Notes under the pieces: generated by a model
The model's database searches: none
What the model saw: the letters and a program-made list of their open reading frames with translations, nothing else
What the model was told of the DNA's origin: nothing
Part shown: positions 28,450-37,512 of the stretch, piece after piece
Layout of the letters: the number at the start of each line of letters is the position of its first letter
How positions within the stretch are numbered: the stretch's first letter is position 1
Made by a program: the position numbers and the translations under genes
Source of the DNA: Dehalococcoidia bacterium
GTDB taxonomy: Bacteria; Chloroflexota; Dehalococcoidia; GIF9; AB-539-J10
Assembly (NCBI GenBank): GCA_014859205.1
Contig: JACUUR010000001.1
Location: 4,319 to 68,318, forward strand
Direction: 5' to 3'
Length of the DNA: 64,000 nucleotides

Positions 28450-28623
28450 CTTCGGTGGTCGCCAGCATAAGACCCTGCCCGCGATCCGTGACAGCACCAC
28501 ACACGCTATCGACCTTGCCTGCTCGGGCAAGATGATCTGCCCTCGATCCAGGAAGTGATTCCGGCCCCTATCACGCGCCGGCGTCTACCATAACACATCT
28601 GCCGCTTTTTCTCCGCAGACGGC

Positions 28624-28664
28624 TTGTTTTTCACCATATTTAGTGGTACAATGGCATCATGCCA
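28624..28664 (+). promoter_or_regulatory. nrdR promoter TTGTTT-N17-TACAAT with a candidate NrdR box TCACCATATTTAGTGG (28631-28646) in the spacer and a perfect inverted repeat TGGCATcATGCCA (28652-28664) at the start site
   Basis: The NrdR box matches 12 of 16 positions of the published consensus acaCwAtATaTwGtgt. The palindromes are seen directly in the sequence. Confidence 0.55.
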
Positions 28665-28683
28665 CAATTCCTGGGAGGAATCG

Positions 28684-29208
28684 GTGAATTGCCCTAATTG
28701 CGGCAGGCAGGATTCAGGTGTGGTGGATTCGCGAAGCCTGGGCGACGTCGTGAGACGACGAAGGAAATGCCTTGCCTGCGGCGCTCGCTTCACTACTCAT
28801 GAACGGGTACATGTGCACGATCTATTCGTTATCAAGAAGGATGGGCGGCGTGAGGACTTCAGCCGGGAGAAGCTCTCCCTTGGGATTCGCAGGGCTTGTG
28901 AGAAGCGTCCGCTTCCCACGGGCGCCATAGACAAGCTTGTGGAGAGCATCGAGGCTGAGCTATATAAGATGGGTAGGGGCGAGGTCTCCAGTGCCCACAT
29001 AGGCGATCTGGTCATGGAAGGATTGCGGAAGCTGGACCACATTGCTTACATACGGTTTGCCAGCGTCTATCGCACGTTTGCTGATATCGGCGATCTGAAA
29101 CAAGAGGTGGACAGCCTGGCCGAACGGGGAGAACTGACACCGACGAATCAACTCCCCCTGCCCTCCTGTGAGACGGTGAGTGCTCTAGCTGGTCGTAAGA
29201 GAAGGTAG
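28684..29208 (+). CDS. nrdR: transcriptional repressor NrdR (zinc ribbon + ATP-cone); start at GTG 28684 giving MNCPNCG..., whereas the track ORF starts at a TTG inside the promoter
   Basis: CPxCG...CxxCG zinc ribbon at the N-terminus, RRR motif, ATP-cone. GGGAGGAA SD is 5 nt upstream of the GTG. Confidence 0.85.
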   Translation: MNCPNCGRQDSGVVDSRSLGDVVRRRRKCLACGARFTTHERVHVHDLFVIKKDGRREDFSREKLSLGIRRACEKRPLPTGAIDKLVESIEAELYKMGRGEVSSAHIGDLVMEGLRKLDHIAYIRFASVYRTFADIGDLKQEVDSLAERGELTPTNQLPLPSCETVSALAGRKRR

Positions 29209-29209
29209 A

Positions 29210-31738
29210 ATGCCCAGGACGCGGCGGAAGGAGACCCGGAAGACTATCGGCCAAGATGAAGTGGCTCGTGCTGTCTTCGCTGCTGCCGAGTCCATGGGTA
29301 TAAGCGACAGGAAACTGCTGGACAGGTTTGCGGAACAGGTGAGCGAACGGCTACAGATAGCGCAGCCTCTGCCGGGTATGGAAGGACTGGTGCCCCGGCG
29401 GATCGGACAGCACATGTCCCCCTCCCGGATACGGGAGATGGTCAAGGAGATGCTAACTGTGGATGAGTTTTCTCCTCAGTCCAGAAGCCAGGTCATCTCC
29501 GGCATCGAGCTTAGTGAGAATGCCTTGAGGGTTCTGGCGAGGAGATATCTGGGCAAAGACGGCGAGGGGACGCCTACTGAAACTCCACAGGAGCTATTTC
29601 GCCGCGTGGCCAGGCATATCGCCTCAGCTGAGTCTATCTACGATCCGGATGCCGATGTCTCGCTCCATGAAGAGGACTTCTATCGATTGATGGAGAGACT
29701 GGAGTTTCTGCCCAATTCGCCGACACTGATGAACGCCGGTCGCGAACTCGGACAGTTATCGGCCTGCTTCGTACTGCCCATCGAGGATTCTATGGAGTCC
29801 ATCTTTGACGCGGTGAAGTATACCGCCCTGATTCACAAAAGCGGGGGAGGCACCGGCTTCTCATTCTCCCGGCTCAGGCCCGAGAAGGACAGAGTGGGGT
29901 CCACAGGTGGCATTGCCAGCGGTCCCGTCTCTTTCATGCGGGCGTTTGATGCCACAACTGACGTCATTAAGCAAGGCGGGATGCGACGGGGAGCCAATAT
30001 GGCAATACTCAGTGTTGACCATCCCGACATTCTGAGATTCATTGAGGCCAAGGAGGACCCCGAAGCCCTTACGAATTTCAACCTGTCCATAGCTATCACC
30101 GACGAGTTCATGAAAGCAGTGGAAGAAGGCGCCGACTACAGCCTGACCAACCCCAGAACTCGAGAAGTGGTAGATAAGCTTAACGCCAAGGAGGTATTCG
30201 ACAAGATAGTGGACATGGCCTGGCGCACGGGCGACCCGGGCATCGTCTTCATCGACGAGATCAACAGACATAACCCCACACCTCAACTGGGCAAGATAGA
30301 GAGCACCAACCCCTGTGGCGAACAGCCGCTGCTCCCCTTTGAGTCCTGTAATCTCGGGTCTGTGAATCTGGCCAGGATGGTAGCCGCTAGGAACGGTCAG
30401 CCACAGGTTGATTATGACAAGCTGGCCCGAACCGTCAGGCTGGCGGTCCGCTTCCTCGACGACGTTATCGAGGTGAACCGATTTCCGCTGGCGGAGATCG
30501 AGGAGATGACGAAGACCACCAGGAAGGTAGGATTGGGGGTGATGGGTTTTGCCGATATGCTGATTCAGCTCGGCATACCCTATGACAGTGAACAGGGACT
30601 TGTCGCCGCCGAAGACATAGCCCGTTTCATATCCCAGGAGGCGGACAAAGCTTCGATGGAGCTGGGTCAAGAGAGGGGCGTTTTTCCTGCCTTTGAAAGC
30701 AGCATATACGACAGGCCCGACGGTCCCCGTTTCCGAAACGCTTCCCGAACCACCATTGCGCCTACGGGCAGCCTGAGCATAATCGCCAACTGCTCCAGCG
30801 GCATTGAACCGCTGTTCGCCCTGAGCTATGTGCGTCATATTCTAGAAGGCGAGGAGTTTGTCGAGGTTAACCCTTACTTCGAGGAGGCGGCCAAGCAGGG
30901 AGGGTTCTACTCTCCTGATCTGATGAAGCAGCTAGCCGAAGGAAAGAGGTTAAGAGACCTGGAAGGCGTTCCCGAACAGACCAAGAAGGTCTTTGTCACC
31001 GCCCATGACATATCACCCGAGTGGCACGTTAAGATGCAGGCGGCCTTCCAGAGGTTTACCGATAGCGCTGTATCCAAGACGGTCAACTTCCCTCATGAGG
31101 CCAAGCCCGAGGATGTAGCCGAAGTGTACATGCTGGCCTACAGGGAGAGGCTGAAGGGGATAACCATCTACCGTGATAGGAGCCGGGCGAGTCAGGTGCT
31201 CACCGTTGGTGAGAGCGAGAAGAAGGCGGAAGGGCCTGCCCAAGGCAGAATCGAAGGGAAGCTGGCTCCCCGGAGAAGGCCCAAGGTTACCAGGGGCGTA
31301 ACCGAGAGGGTGAACACCGGATGTGGCTACATCTATGTGACGGTGAACTTCGATAGCAGAGGCATATCGGAGGTTTTCTCGGCTCTGGGAAAGGCCGGAG
31401 GGTGCGCAGCAGCTCAGTTGGAGGCAATCAGCCGGCTTACTTCGCTGGCCCTGAGATCGGGAATAGACACGGACTCAATAGTGAAGCATCTGCGCGGAAT
31501 TAGATGCCCTTCTATTGCCTGGGAGCAGGGACATGCCGTCCTGTCCTGTGCCGACGCGATTGCCAGCGTGCTGGAGAAGTACATTAGAGAAAAGGGCGCT
31601 GATAATCCAGGGGGGCCTTCCCCGAATCCCGAGATGGTCAAGAGCTGGGCAGGGCAATGCCCTGATTGTGGCGGACCCCTGATCTATCAGGAGGGGTGCA
31701 ATATTTGCATCGCATGCGGTTTCACCAAATGCGGATAG
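29210..31738 (+). CDS. nrdJ: adenosylcobalamin-dependent (class II) ribonucleotide reductase
   Basis: 842 aa with RNR class II catalytic motifs (NPCGEQPL with active-site Cys, C-terminal Cys pair) and an ATP-cone-like N-terminus. Directly follows nrdR. Confidence 0.9.
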   Translation: MPRTRRKETRKTIGQDEVARAVFAAAESMGISDRKLLDRFAEQVSERLQIAQPLPGMEGLVPRRIGQHMSPSRIREMVKEMLTVDEFSPQSRSQVISGIELSENALRVLARRYLGKDGEGTPTETPQELFRRVARHIASAESIYDPDADVSLHEEDFYRLMERLEFLPNSPTLMNAGRELGQLSACFVLPIEDSMESIFDAVKYTALIHKSGGGTGFSFSRLRPEKDRVGSTGGIASGPVSFMRAFDATTDVIKQGGMRRGANMAILSVDHPDILRFIEAKEDPEALTNFNLSIAITDEFMKAVEEGADYSLTNPRTREVVDKLNAKEVFDKIVDMAWRTGDPGIVFIDEINRHNPTPQLGKIESTNPCGEQPLLPFESCNLGSVNLARMVAARNGQPQVDYDKLARTVRLAVRFLDDVIEVNRFPLAEIEEMTKTTRKVGLGVMGFADMLIQLGIPYDSEQGLVAAEDIARFISQEADKASMELGQERGVFPAFESSIYDRPDGPRFRNASRTTIAPTGSLSIIANCSSGIEPLFALSYVRHILEGEEFVEVNPYFEEAAKQGGFYSPDLMKQLAEGKRLRDLEGVPEQTKKVFVTAHDISPEWHVKMQAAFQRFTDSAVSKTVNFPHEAKPEDVAEVYMLAYRERLKGITIYRDRSRASQVLTVGESEKKAEGPAQGRIEGKLAPRRRPKVTRGVTERVNTGCGYIYVTVNFDSRGISEVFSALGKAGGCAAAQLEAISRLTSLALRSGIDTDSIVKHLRGIRCPSIAWEQGHAVLSCADAIASVLEKYIREKGADNPGGPSPNPEMVKSWAGQCPDCGGPLIYQEGCNICIACGFTKCG

Positions 31739-31774
31739 GGTGCAGGAAAAGCATGTCCTGAGCGGAGTGGAAGG

Positions 31775-33220
31775 ATGGCCAGGTCGAGAGGTAGTTACTA
31801 TTCGGCTCTCAAACGGATAACCAGAGTCGCTAATTCAGGGTTCGGCCTGAAGAAGACCTGCAATTCGATAGCCAAGAGCGCCGCCAGGGCCATGCAGGCG
31901 AACGGCTGCCGCATCTTATCTCTCAGTTCCCAGAAGGAATACCTGATCACCGTCGGCACATACGGGCTGAGCGACCTGTACCTGAAGAAAGGCCCCCTTG
32001 ATGCCCGTAAGAGCCTCCCCGATATACTCGACGGTAAGGTGGTGTATATTGCCGATGCTGCTACGGATGACAGGGTGCAGCACCCTCAGACAGCACTGTC
32101 GCAGGGAATATCCTCAATACTCGGCGTTCCGGTGCTCGGCAAGGGGCAGGCCATCGGCGAGATCAGGATCTACACTCGTGAGCCTCGCCAGTTCTCAGAA
32201 GCTGACAAGAGCTTCCTCCTGAGCGTTGCTGATACTTGCGCAGTGATCTTTGAGAGGGCAGAGCTGCATCAACTGCTTCAGAAGGACTACAGGGCGGATG
32301 AGAGACGCAGAAAGGCATCCCCGGCATCTCCGGTACCGACCAGCACATTGAGGCCGACCACATTCGCTCACTCCAGCGAGGAGGACTTTGCCAGGCTGCT
32401 GGACTTCTACTGCATTGACTGGCTCTACGAACCCCGTTCCTTCCCGCTCAGATGGGAAGGCGACAAGCTGGCAGAGATGTTCACCCCAGATTTCTACCTA
32501 CCAGAATTGGACCTTTACGTTGAGTTGACCACGCTCAGACAGAACCTGCTGACGGAAAAGAACCGCAAGCTACGTCAACTCAGGGAACTCCATCCTGAGG
32601 TGAATGTCAGGCTTCTGAACAAGAGCGATTTCATCAAACTGCTGGCCAAATATGGCTATGGCCCTCTGGGCGAGGCCAAAGTAGAAGGAGTCGACCGGGT
32701 TCTGTACAGCCATGCCCAGATTCAGCGGAGGGTGCGCACCCTGGCCAGGCGGATCTCAGATGACTACGCTGGACAGCGGTTGATGCTGATAGGCATTCTC
32801 AAGGGCGTTGTCTGCTTCATGGCTGACCTGATGCAGCATCTATCACTTCCCGTCACCCTGGACTTCATGGCTATCTCCTACTATGGCCGCGATGACGAGG
32901 TAGTGGAGATAACCCGGGACCTCGACACCAGCATTACGGGACAACACGTACTGATGGTTGAAGACATAGTGGACACAGGCATGACGCTCAATTACATTCT
33001 CGGCCATCTCTCTGCTCATAATCCAGCCAGCCTTAGCGTCTGTACATTGCTCGATAAGAGAGCGCGTCGCCTGGTGAACGTTCCCCTGGGTTATGTAGGC
33101 TTCGAGATCCCGGACGAGTTCGTAGTGGGGTACGGCCTGGACTACAAAGGAGAGTACCGTAACCTTCCCTTCATCGGTATCCTCCACCCCGAGCTAATCA
33201 AGGGCGAGTCACCTCAATAG
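31775..33220 (+). CDS. three-domain fusion: N-terminal GAF domain, central Vsr/DUF559-like (degenerate PD-(D/E)xK) segment, C-terminal hypoxanthine phosphoribosyltransferase
   Basis: GAF signature at residues 40-170. Central segment DFYLPELDLYVEL resembles the DUF559/Vsr core but lacks the DG..H. C-terminal VLMVEDIVDTGMTL PRPP-binding motif of HPRT. Single uninterrupted ORF. Confidence 0.7.
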   Translation: MARSRGSYYSALKRITRVANSGFGLKKTCNSIAKSAARAMQANGCRILSLSSQKEYLITVGTYGLSDLYLKKGPLDARKSLPDILDGKVVYIADAATDDRVQHPQTALSQGISSILGVPVLGKGQAIGEIRIYTREPRQFSEADKSFLLSVADTCAVIFERAELHQLLQKDYRADERRRKASPASPVPTSTLRPTTFAHSSEEDFARLLDFYCIDWLYEPRSFPLRWEGDKLAEMFTPDFYLPELDLYVELTTLRQNLLTEKNRKLRQLRELHPEVNVRLLNKSDFIKLLAKYGYGPLGEAKVEGVDRVLYSHAQIQRRVRTLARRISDDYAGQRLMLIGILKGVVCFMADLMQHLSLPVTLDFMAISYYGRDDEVVEITRDLDTSITGQHVLMVEDIVDTGMTLNYILGHLSAHNPASLSVCTLLDKRARRLVNVPLGYVGFEIPDEFVVGYGLDYKGEYRNLPFIGILHPELIKGESPQ

Positions 33221-33690
33221 GCATCGGCGGATCATCCACCTCGACCATCTCCGGGTGACCCGGAAATGCCGGCATACGCATCCCCGGATCCAGGACAAAG
33301 ACGCCTCTGGAGATGACCACAGACCAAGCCCTCGCCCACGGGTCGATGGTGTCCGCAGAGAGGTCTCTAAGAACAGAACGCCCCAAGTAACCTCACTGCC
33401 CCTAGCTTTGCACAACTCTCCTTTCAGCTTCCGCCTACCTTGCGCCGGGTTCTTCCTCCCCAGCGCCTTTCAGCTTCCACCTACTCGGCGTTCAGCTCCG
33501 CACATGCCAGGTCCTTGCTTGATTACTTGGAGCATCATCATGCTAGCACATAGTCGGATCGCTGTCAAGTTTTGCGGGTCCACGTGTAGATAGCTTCAAA
33601 AAAGGTGTTCCGACAGGTATTGGTGCAATACCATTCGCCCGGTTCACCTGTTGAGGTGTCAATATGCTCGCGTGTTCGGCGTCCCGATCA

Positions 33691-35688
33691 TCATCCTGTC
33701 AGGCTTTCCAGCGCCCTGCTGTACTCCAGCTTGAGCCGCTCGGCCTCAGCAGTCAGACCATCCCATTCGGCCGTGAGCGTGGCCATTCTGTCCCGCAGTA
33801 TGGCGTACTCGCGATTGACAGCCACCACGTTCTGAGAGTCCTCATAATGAGATGGGTCGGCTATCAGGGCTTCGACTTCTCTAATGCGAACTGCAGTCGC
33901 CTCCACCTCGTGCTCTACTTCCTCTATACGCCGGTTCACAGGTGATAGGGCGCGGTGGTGTTCATTGCGGAGTTCACCCTCCAGTGCTTTGCGCTGACGC
34001 TTATTCAAGGGGCTCGACGGACGGCCTGAGGCTAGAACTAACTGGCGCTGGCCGGACCGAGTCTCGACCATGCTTGCTCCATCACGTGGATGTGCACTCT
34101 GCCAGAGATAGTCATCGTAGCCACCCAGGAACACTCTTGCCTGGCCACTCCGTACTTCGATGATCTTGTTGGCGACTTCCCTTATCAGCATGCGGTCATG
34201 TGTGATGAAACATATTGTCCCTTTGTAAGCATCCAGTGCGTCGGTCAAGATCTCACGCGACGGTATGTCCAGATGATTGGTGGGCTCATCCAGAAGAAGG
34301 AAGTTGGCCGGCCTGGTCAGCATGCGGGCAATGGCAACCCGGGTCTTCTCGCCGCCAGAGAGCACCGATATTCGCTTGGTCACTTCGTCCCCACTGAACA
34401 GGAATGCACCCAGAAGCCCCCTCAGGCGCTGCTCCGTCTCATCAGGTGCTATGTTGCGGAGTTCCTCGATTATCGTGTTGTGCGGGTTGAGCGACTCTAT
34501 ATAATGCTGGGCGAAGTACGCCATTGTCACGTTGTGACCTATGGTACGCTGCCCCCTCTCAAAGGGCAGAACCCCCGCCAGTATGCGCAGCAGGGTTGTC
34601 TTGCCTGCCCCGTTCAGGCCGACCAGCGCCGCACGGTCGCCTCGCTCCAGTGCCAGGTTGAGGTTCCGGTATACAGCATGCTGTCCGTAGGACTTCGACA
34701 CGTGCTTGAGTTCGATCACGACACGGCCGCTCCGGGGAGGCTCCGCGAAGTTGAAGTGTATCCTCTTGGTCGAGCGGGGCACAGTGACACGCTCGATCTT
34801 CTGGAGTTGCTTGATGCGGCTCTGCACCTGCGACGCTTTGGTGTTCTTGGCCCGGAACCGCTCGATAAAGCGCATCTGTCGGTTGATCTCACGTTCCTGT
34901 CGCCTGGCGGTTGCCTGACGCGCCTCAATATCCTTCTCCCGGGCCACCATGTAGCTATCGTAGTTACCTCGGAAAAAGACAACACCGTCATCCTCGATGG
35001 CAATCACTCTGCTTACTACATTGTTCAGGAAGGCACGGTCATGGGAGGTGAGCAAGACGGCCCCGTGATAGCGCTTCAGATAGCCCTCAAACCAGCGCTG
35101 CGTCTCCAGGTCAAGGTAGTTGGTCGGTTCGTCCAACAACAGGATATCCGGGTTAACGAAAAGCAGTCTTGCCAGTTCAATGCGTGTCCGCCAGCCTCCG
35201 CTGAACTCGGACAGAGACCGCCCGAGATCAGATTCGGCGAACCCCAGCCCCGACAGGACGACCTCTGCCTGGTGCTCCGAATCGTAGCCGCCCCTGGCCT
35301 CATACAGTTCTTGCAGTTGCCCCAGTTCTCTTAACAGGCCGGCCACCGTGGCATGGTCTTTCTCCTCAGCCAGTTCCTCCTGGACCAGCTGCATCTTATG
35401 GGCTAGGTCAGTGACGACATCGGATGAACTCGACACGTACTCCAGCAAGGCCTGGTCCGCCGAGGGCTGGGCATCCTGTCGAAGATAGCCGATGGCCGTG
35501 CCACGTCGCACCGACACGCTCCCGCAATCCGGCACAATGTTGCCGGTTATGATCTCGAAAAGGGTGGTCTTTCCGCTGCCGTTTCGCCCGATGACCGCGA
35601 TGCGGTCGCTTATGCCGACGGCGAAACTGACCCCGCTGAAGAGTTCATGATCGTCATATGACTTGGAGATGCCTGCGACGTTGAGCAT
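33691..35688 (-). CDS. ABC-F family ATPase (tandem ABC domains, no TMD; EttA/Uup-like translation factor) with a C-terminal coiled-coil
   Basis: Two Walker A (GRNGSGKTT / GLNGAGKTT) and two LSGGE signatures with an inter-domain linker. 665 aa. Confidence 0.88.
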   Translation of the reverse strand: MLNVAGISKSYDDHELFSGVSFAVGISDRIAVIGRNGSGKTTLFEIITGNIVPDCGSVSVRRGTAIGYLRQDAQPSADQALLEYVSSSSDVVTDLAHKMQLVQEELAEEKDHATVAGLLRELGQLQELYEARGGYDSEHQAEVVLSGLGFAESDLGRSLSEFSGGWRTRIELARLLFVNPDILLLDEPTNYLDLETQRWFEGYLKRYHGAVLLTSHDRAFLNNVVSRVIAIEDDGVVFFRGNYDSYMVAREKDIEARQATARRQEREINRQMRFIERFRAKNTKASQVQSRIKQLQKIERVTVPRSTKRIHFNFAEPPRSGRVVIELKHVSKSYGQHAVYRNLNLALERGDRAALVGLNGAGKTTLLRILAGVLPFERGQRTIGHNVTMAYFAQHYIESLNPHNTIIEELRNIAPDETEQRLRGLLGAFLFSGDEVTKRISVLSGGEKTRVAIARMLTRPANFLLLDEPTNHLDIPSREILTDALDAYKGTICFITHDRMLIREVANKIIEVRSGQARVFLGGYDDYLWQSAHPRDGASMVETRSGQRQLVLASGRPSSPLNKRQRKALEGELRNEHHRALSPVNRRIEEVEHEVEATAVRIREVEALIADPSHYEDSQNVVAVNREYAILRDRMATLTAEWDGLTAEAERLKLEYSRALESLTG

Positions 35689-35889
35689 GGATTCCTCTGA
35701 TCGCCATCATTATAATGGGAAAGGCTGTGCCGGCGAAAGCGAAGCCGGGCGCAGAGACACGGGAGGGTGCGGTGGACGAGACCTCAGGCCTCCGGGCACA
35801 ATCGTTATCATGCCTTGGAATGCCGGAGGTGCTACAATGTGCGCCAGCGTTTTGCGGAAACCAAACTATCAGGACAAAGGAGAGTAGAA

Positions 35890-36936
35890 ATGTGGGATGC
35901 TTCGAAGTGCAACCTGTGCGGCGATTGTCTGGTGAAATGCCGGTTTGTCGATTACGATAAGGACAGAGCAGTCGCTGAGATCAAACTGCTCATGGAGGGC
36001 AAGGATGCTGAGATACTCGGCAGGTGTATTACCTGCATAGCCTGTAATGATTACTGCCCGACGGGAGCCGACCCTTCCGACCTCATTTTCCGGATGCAGG
36101 AGCAGATAGGCACGTGTCCCATTGCCATGATCGGCAAGACCGTGCTCGGTGGATTCGCCGATGCGCTCGAAGGGAAGACAGACCCTGCCCAGATCATACC
36201 CGGCGATTCTGACAAGCCGGTCCTGTCGCTGGACTCGTTCCATCTGGAGAACTTCCCAGAGGGCACATTTGACAGCCAGATATTCGCGGGCATGACCATA
36301 GTGAGAGGAGGGGAGTACGGGTCTCTTGTGGGCTTCGTGCATATGGGCGGGCACAGCTTCGTCGAGAGGTACGGCCAGCGCATCCTAGCAAGGCTGGCCA
36401 GCCTGGGCAAGGACGTTGTCTACATGCACAATGAGGGCTTCGTTCTGGCAGATGTCACGGCCAGGGAGTACGGCTTCAATGTTGGCTTCAAGTACATGCA
36501 CCTCTTTGAGTACCTGCGTGATTACCTGAGGGACCACAAGGACCAGGTCACAAGGCTGGATAAGAAGGTCGCCTACCATGCCAACTGCGGCACCAGGTGG
36601 ATACCCGAGTATGATGCCTTTCTTGACGAGATCTTTGAACTGGTCGGCGTGACGCGGCCTCCCAGGCAATACGAGCGTATAAACGCCCTGTGTTGCAGCG
36701 CACCCCTGATATACACCAACAGAGAACTGGCAATCGACATCCAGAGGAAGAACTTCGAGGACGCCCTCGCCTGCGGCGCCGATGCCATCGTAACTTCCTG
36801 CCCAGTATGCGACAGTGTTCTGCGACGACCGAGTTCAAGCTTCGGTCTGCCCAAGATCTTCATCACCGACCTGTGCCGCATGGCCCTGGGCGAAAAGCCG
36901 TGGCCGGATGGCTCAAGCGAATCACGGACTACCTAG
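35890..36936 (+). CDS. (Fe-S)-binding oxidoreductase subunit with 2x[4Fe-4S] ferredoxin motifs and two CCG domains (HdrD/GlcF/LutA-like); start at ATG 35890 behind AAGGAGAG
   Basis: CNLCGDCLVKC and CITCIACNDYCP motifs, then Cys-rich CCG motifs (CGTRW...CC..P, SCPVC). Confidence 0.7.
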   Translation: MWDASKCNLCGDCLVKCRFVDYDKDRAVAEIKLLMEGKDAEILGRCITCIACNDYCPTGADPSDLIFRMQEQIGTCPIAMIGKTVLGGFADALEGKTDPAQIIPGDSDKPVLSLDSFHLENFPEGTFDSQIFAGMTIVRGGEYGSLVGFVHMGGHSFVERYGQRILARLASLGKDVVYMHNEGFVLADVTAREYGFNVGFKYMHLFEYLRDYLRDHKDQVTRLDKKVAYHANCGTRWIPEYDAFLDEIFELVGVTRPPRQYERINALCCSAPLIYTNRELAIDIQRKNFEDALACGADAIVTSCPVCDSVLRRPSSSFGLPKIFITDLCRMALGEKPWPDGSSESRTT

Positions 36937-36964
36937 ACGTCAAGTAACGGGAGGAACACGAGGC

Positions 36965-37390
36965 ATGGAGAAGAATAGGAGCGTCCTCCAAATCAGAGTT
37001 GCAGCGGCGGATACCGAGTTCCAGAACGTCCTCAGCAACCCGCGCTACTTCGAGTGGTTTTCCAGGGGCCGCATTGAGTATTACCGGGACCACGGCCTTC
37101 TCTCCATCGATGAGAGCGGGATACCGTCCATAGATGGGAAATGCGTGAGAGCCGTACTGGTCAACGTTAACTGCCGCTTTCACAGCATCGGCAGATTTGA
37201 TGACCTACTGGAACTGGTGACGACGGTGAGTCACATCGGCGAGCACAGCATTACATTCAGCCATGAACTGTTCAACCTGAGTCGAGGTCATGCCCTGGTG
37301 GCCTCTGCCCAGGCGGTACAGGTCTTTCTCGACGCCGCCACCGGGCAGAAGTGCCCCGTGCCGGAACGATTGAGAAAGCTGGCTGGCTGA
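36965..37390 (+). CDS. hotdog-fold acyl-CoA thioesterase (4HBT/YbgC-like); start at ATG 36965 behind GGAGGAA
   Basis: About 141 aa hotdog-fold pattern. The upstream part of the track ORF overlaps the previous gene and lacks an SD. Confidence 0.55.
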   Translation: MEKNRSVLQIRVAAADTEFQNVLSNPRYFEWFSRGRIEYYRDHGLLSIDESGIPSIDGKCVRAVLVNVNCRFHSIGRFDDLLELVTTVSHIGEHSITFSHELFNLSRGHALVASAQAVQVFLDAATGQKCPVPERLRKLAG

Positions 37391-37512
37391 GGCGGCGATC
37401 AGGCTCCGTGGGTTGAACGCCGCGGGGCCGTCGACCCCGTGAAACTCCGGTATCCCTCCCCTGAAGCCACCCATCTCACGCGCCGCACTGCCTGTCTGCA
37501 ATCAACTCTTGT

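Noticed and set aside
28621-28683. Upstream TTG (28624) or ATG (28651) as the nrdR start
   Set aside because: Both lie inside the -35/-10 promoter elements. The GTG at 28684 yields the canonical MxCPxCG N-terminus with a properly spaced SD.
33421-33485. Two copies of an 18-bp direct repeat considered as a mini CRISPR array
   Set aside because: Only two repeats, with a 28-nt spacer. No cas genes anywhere in the window.
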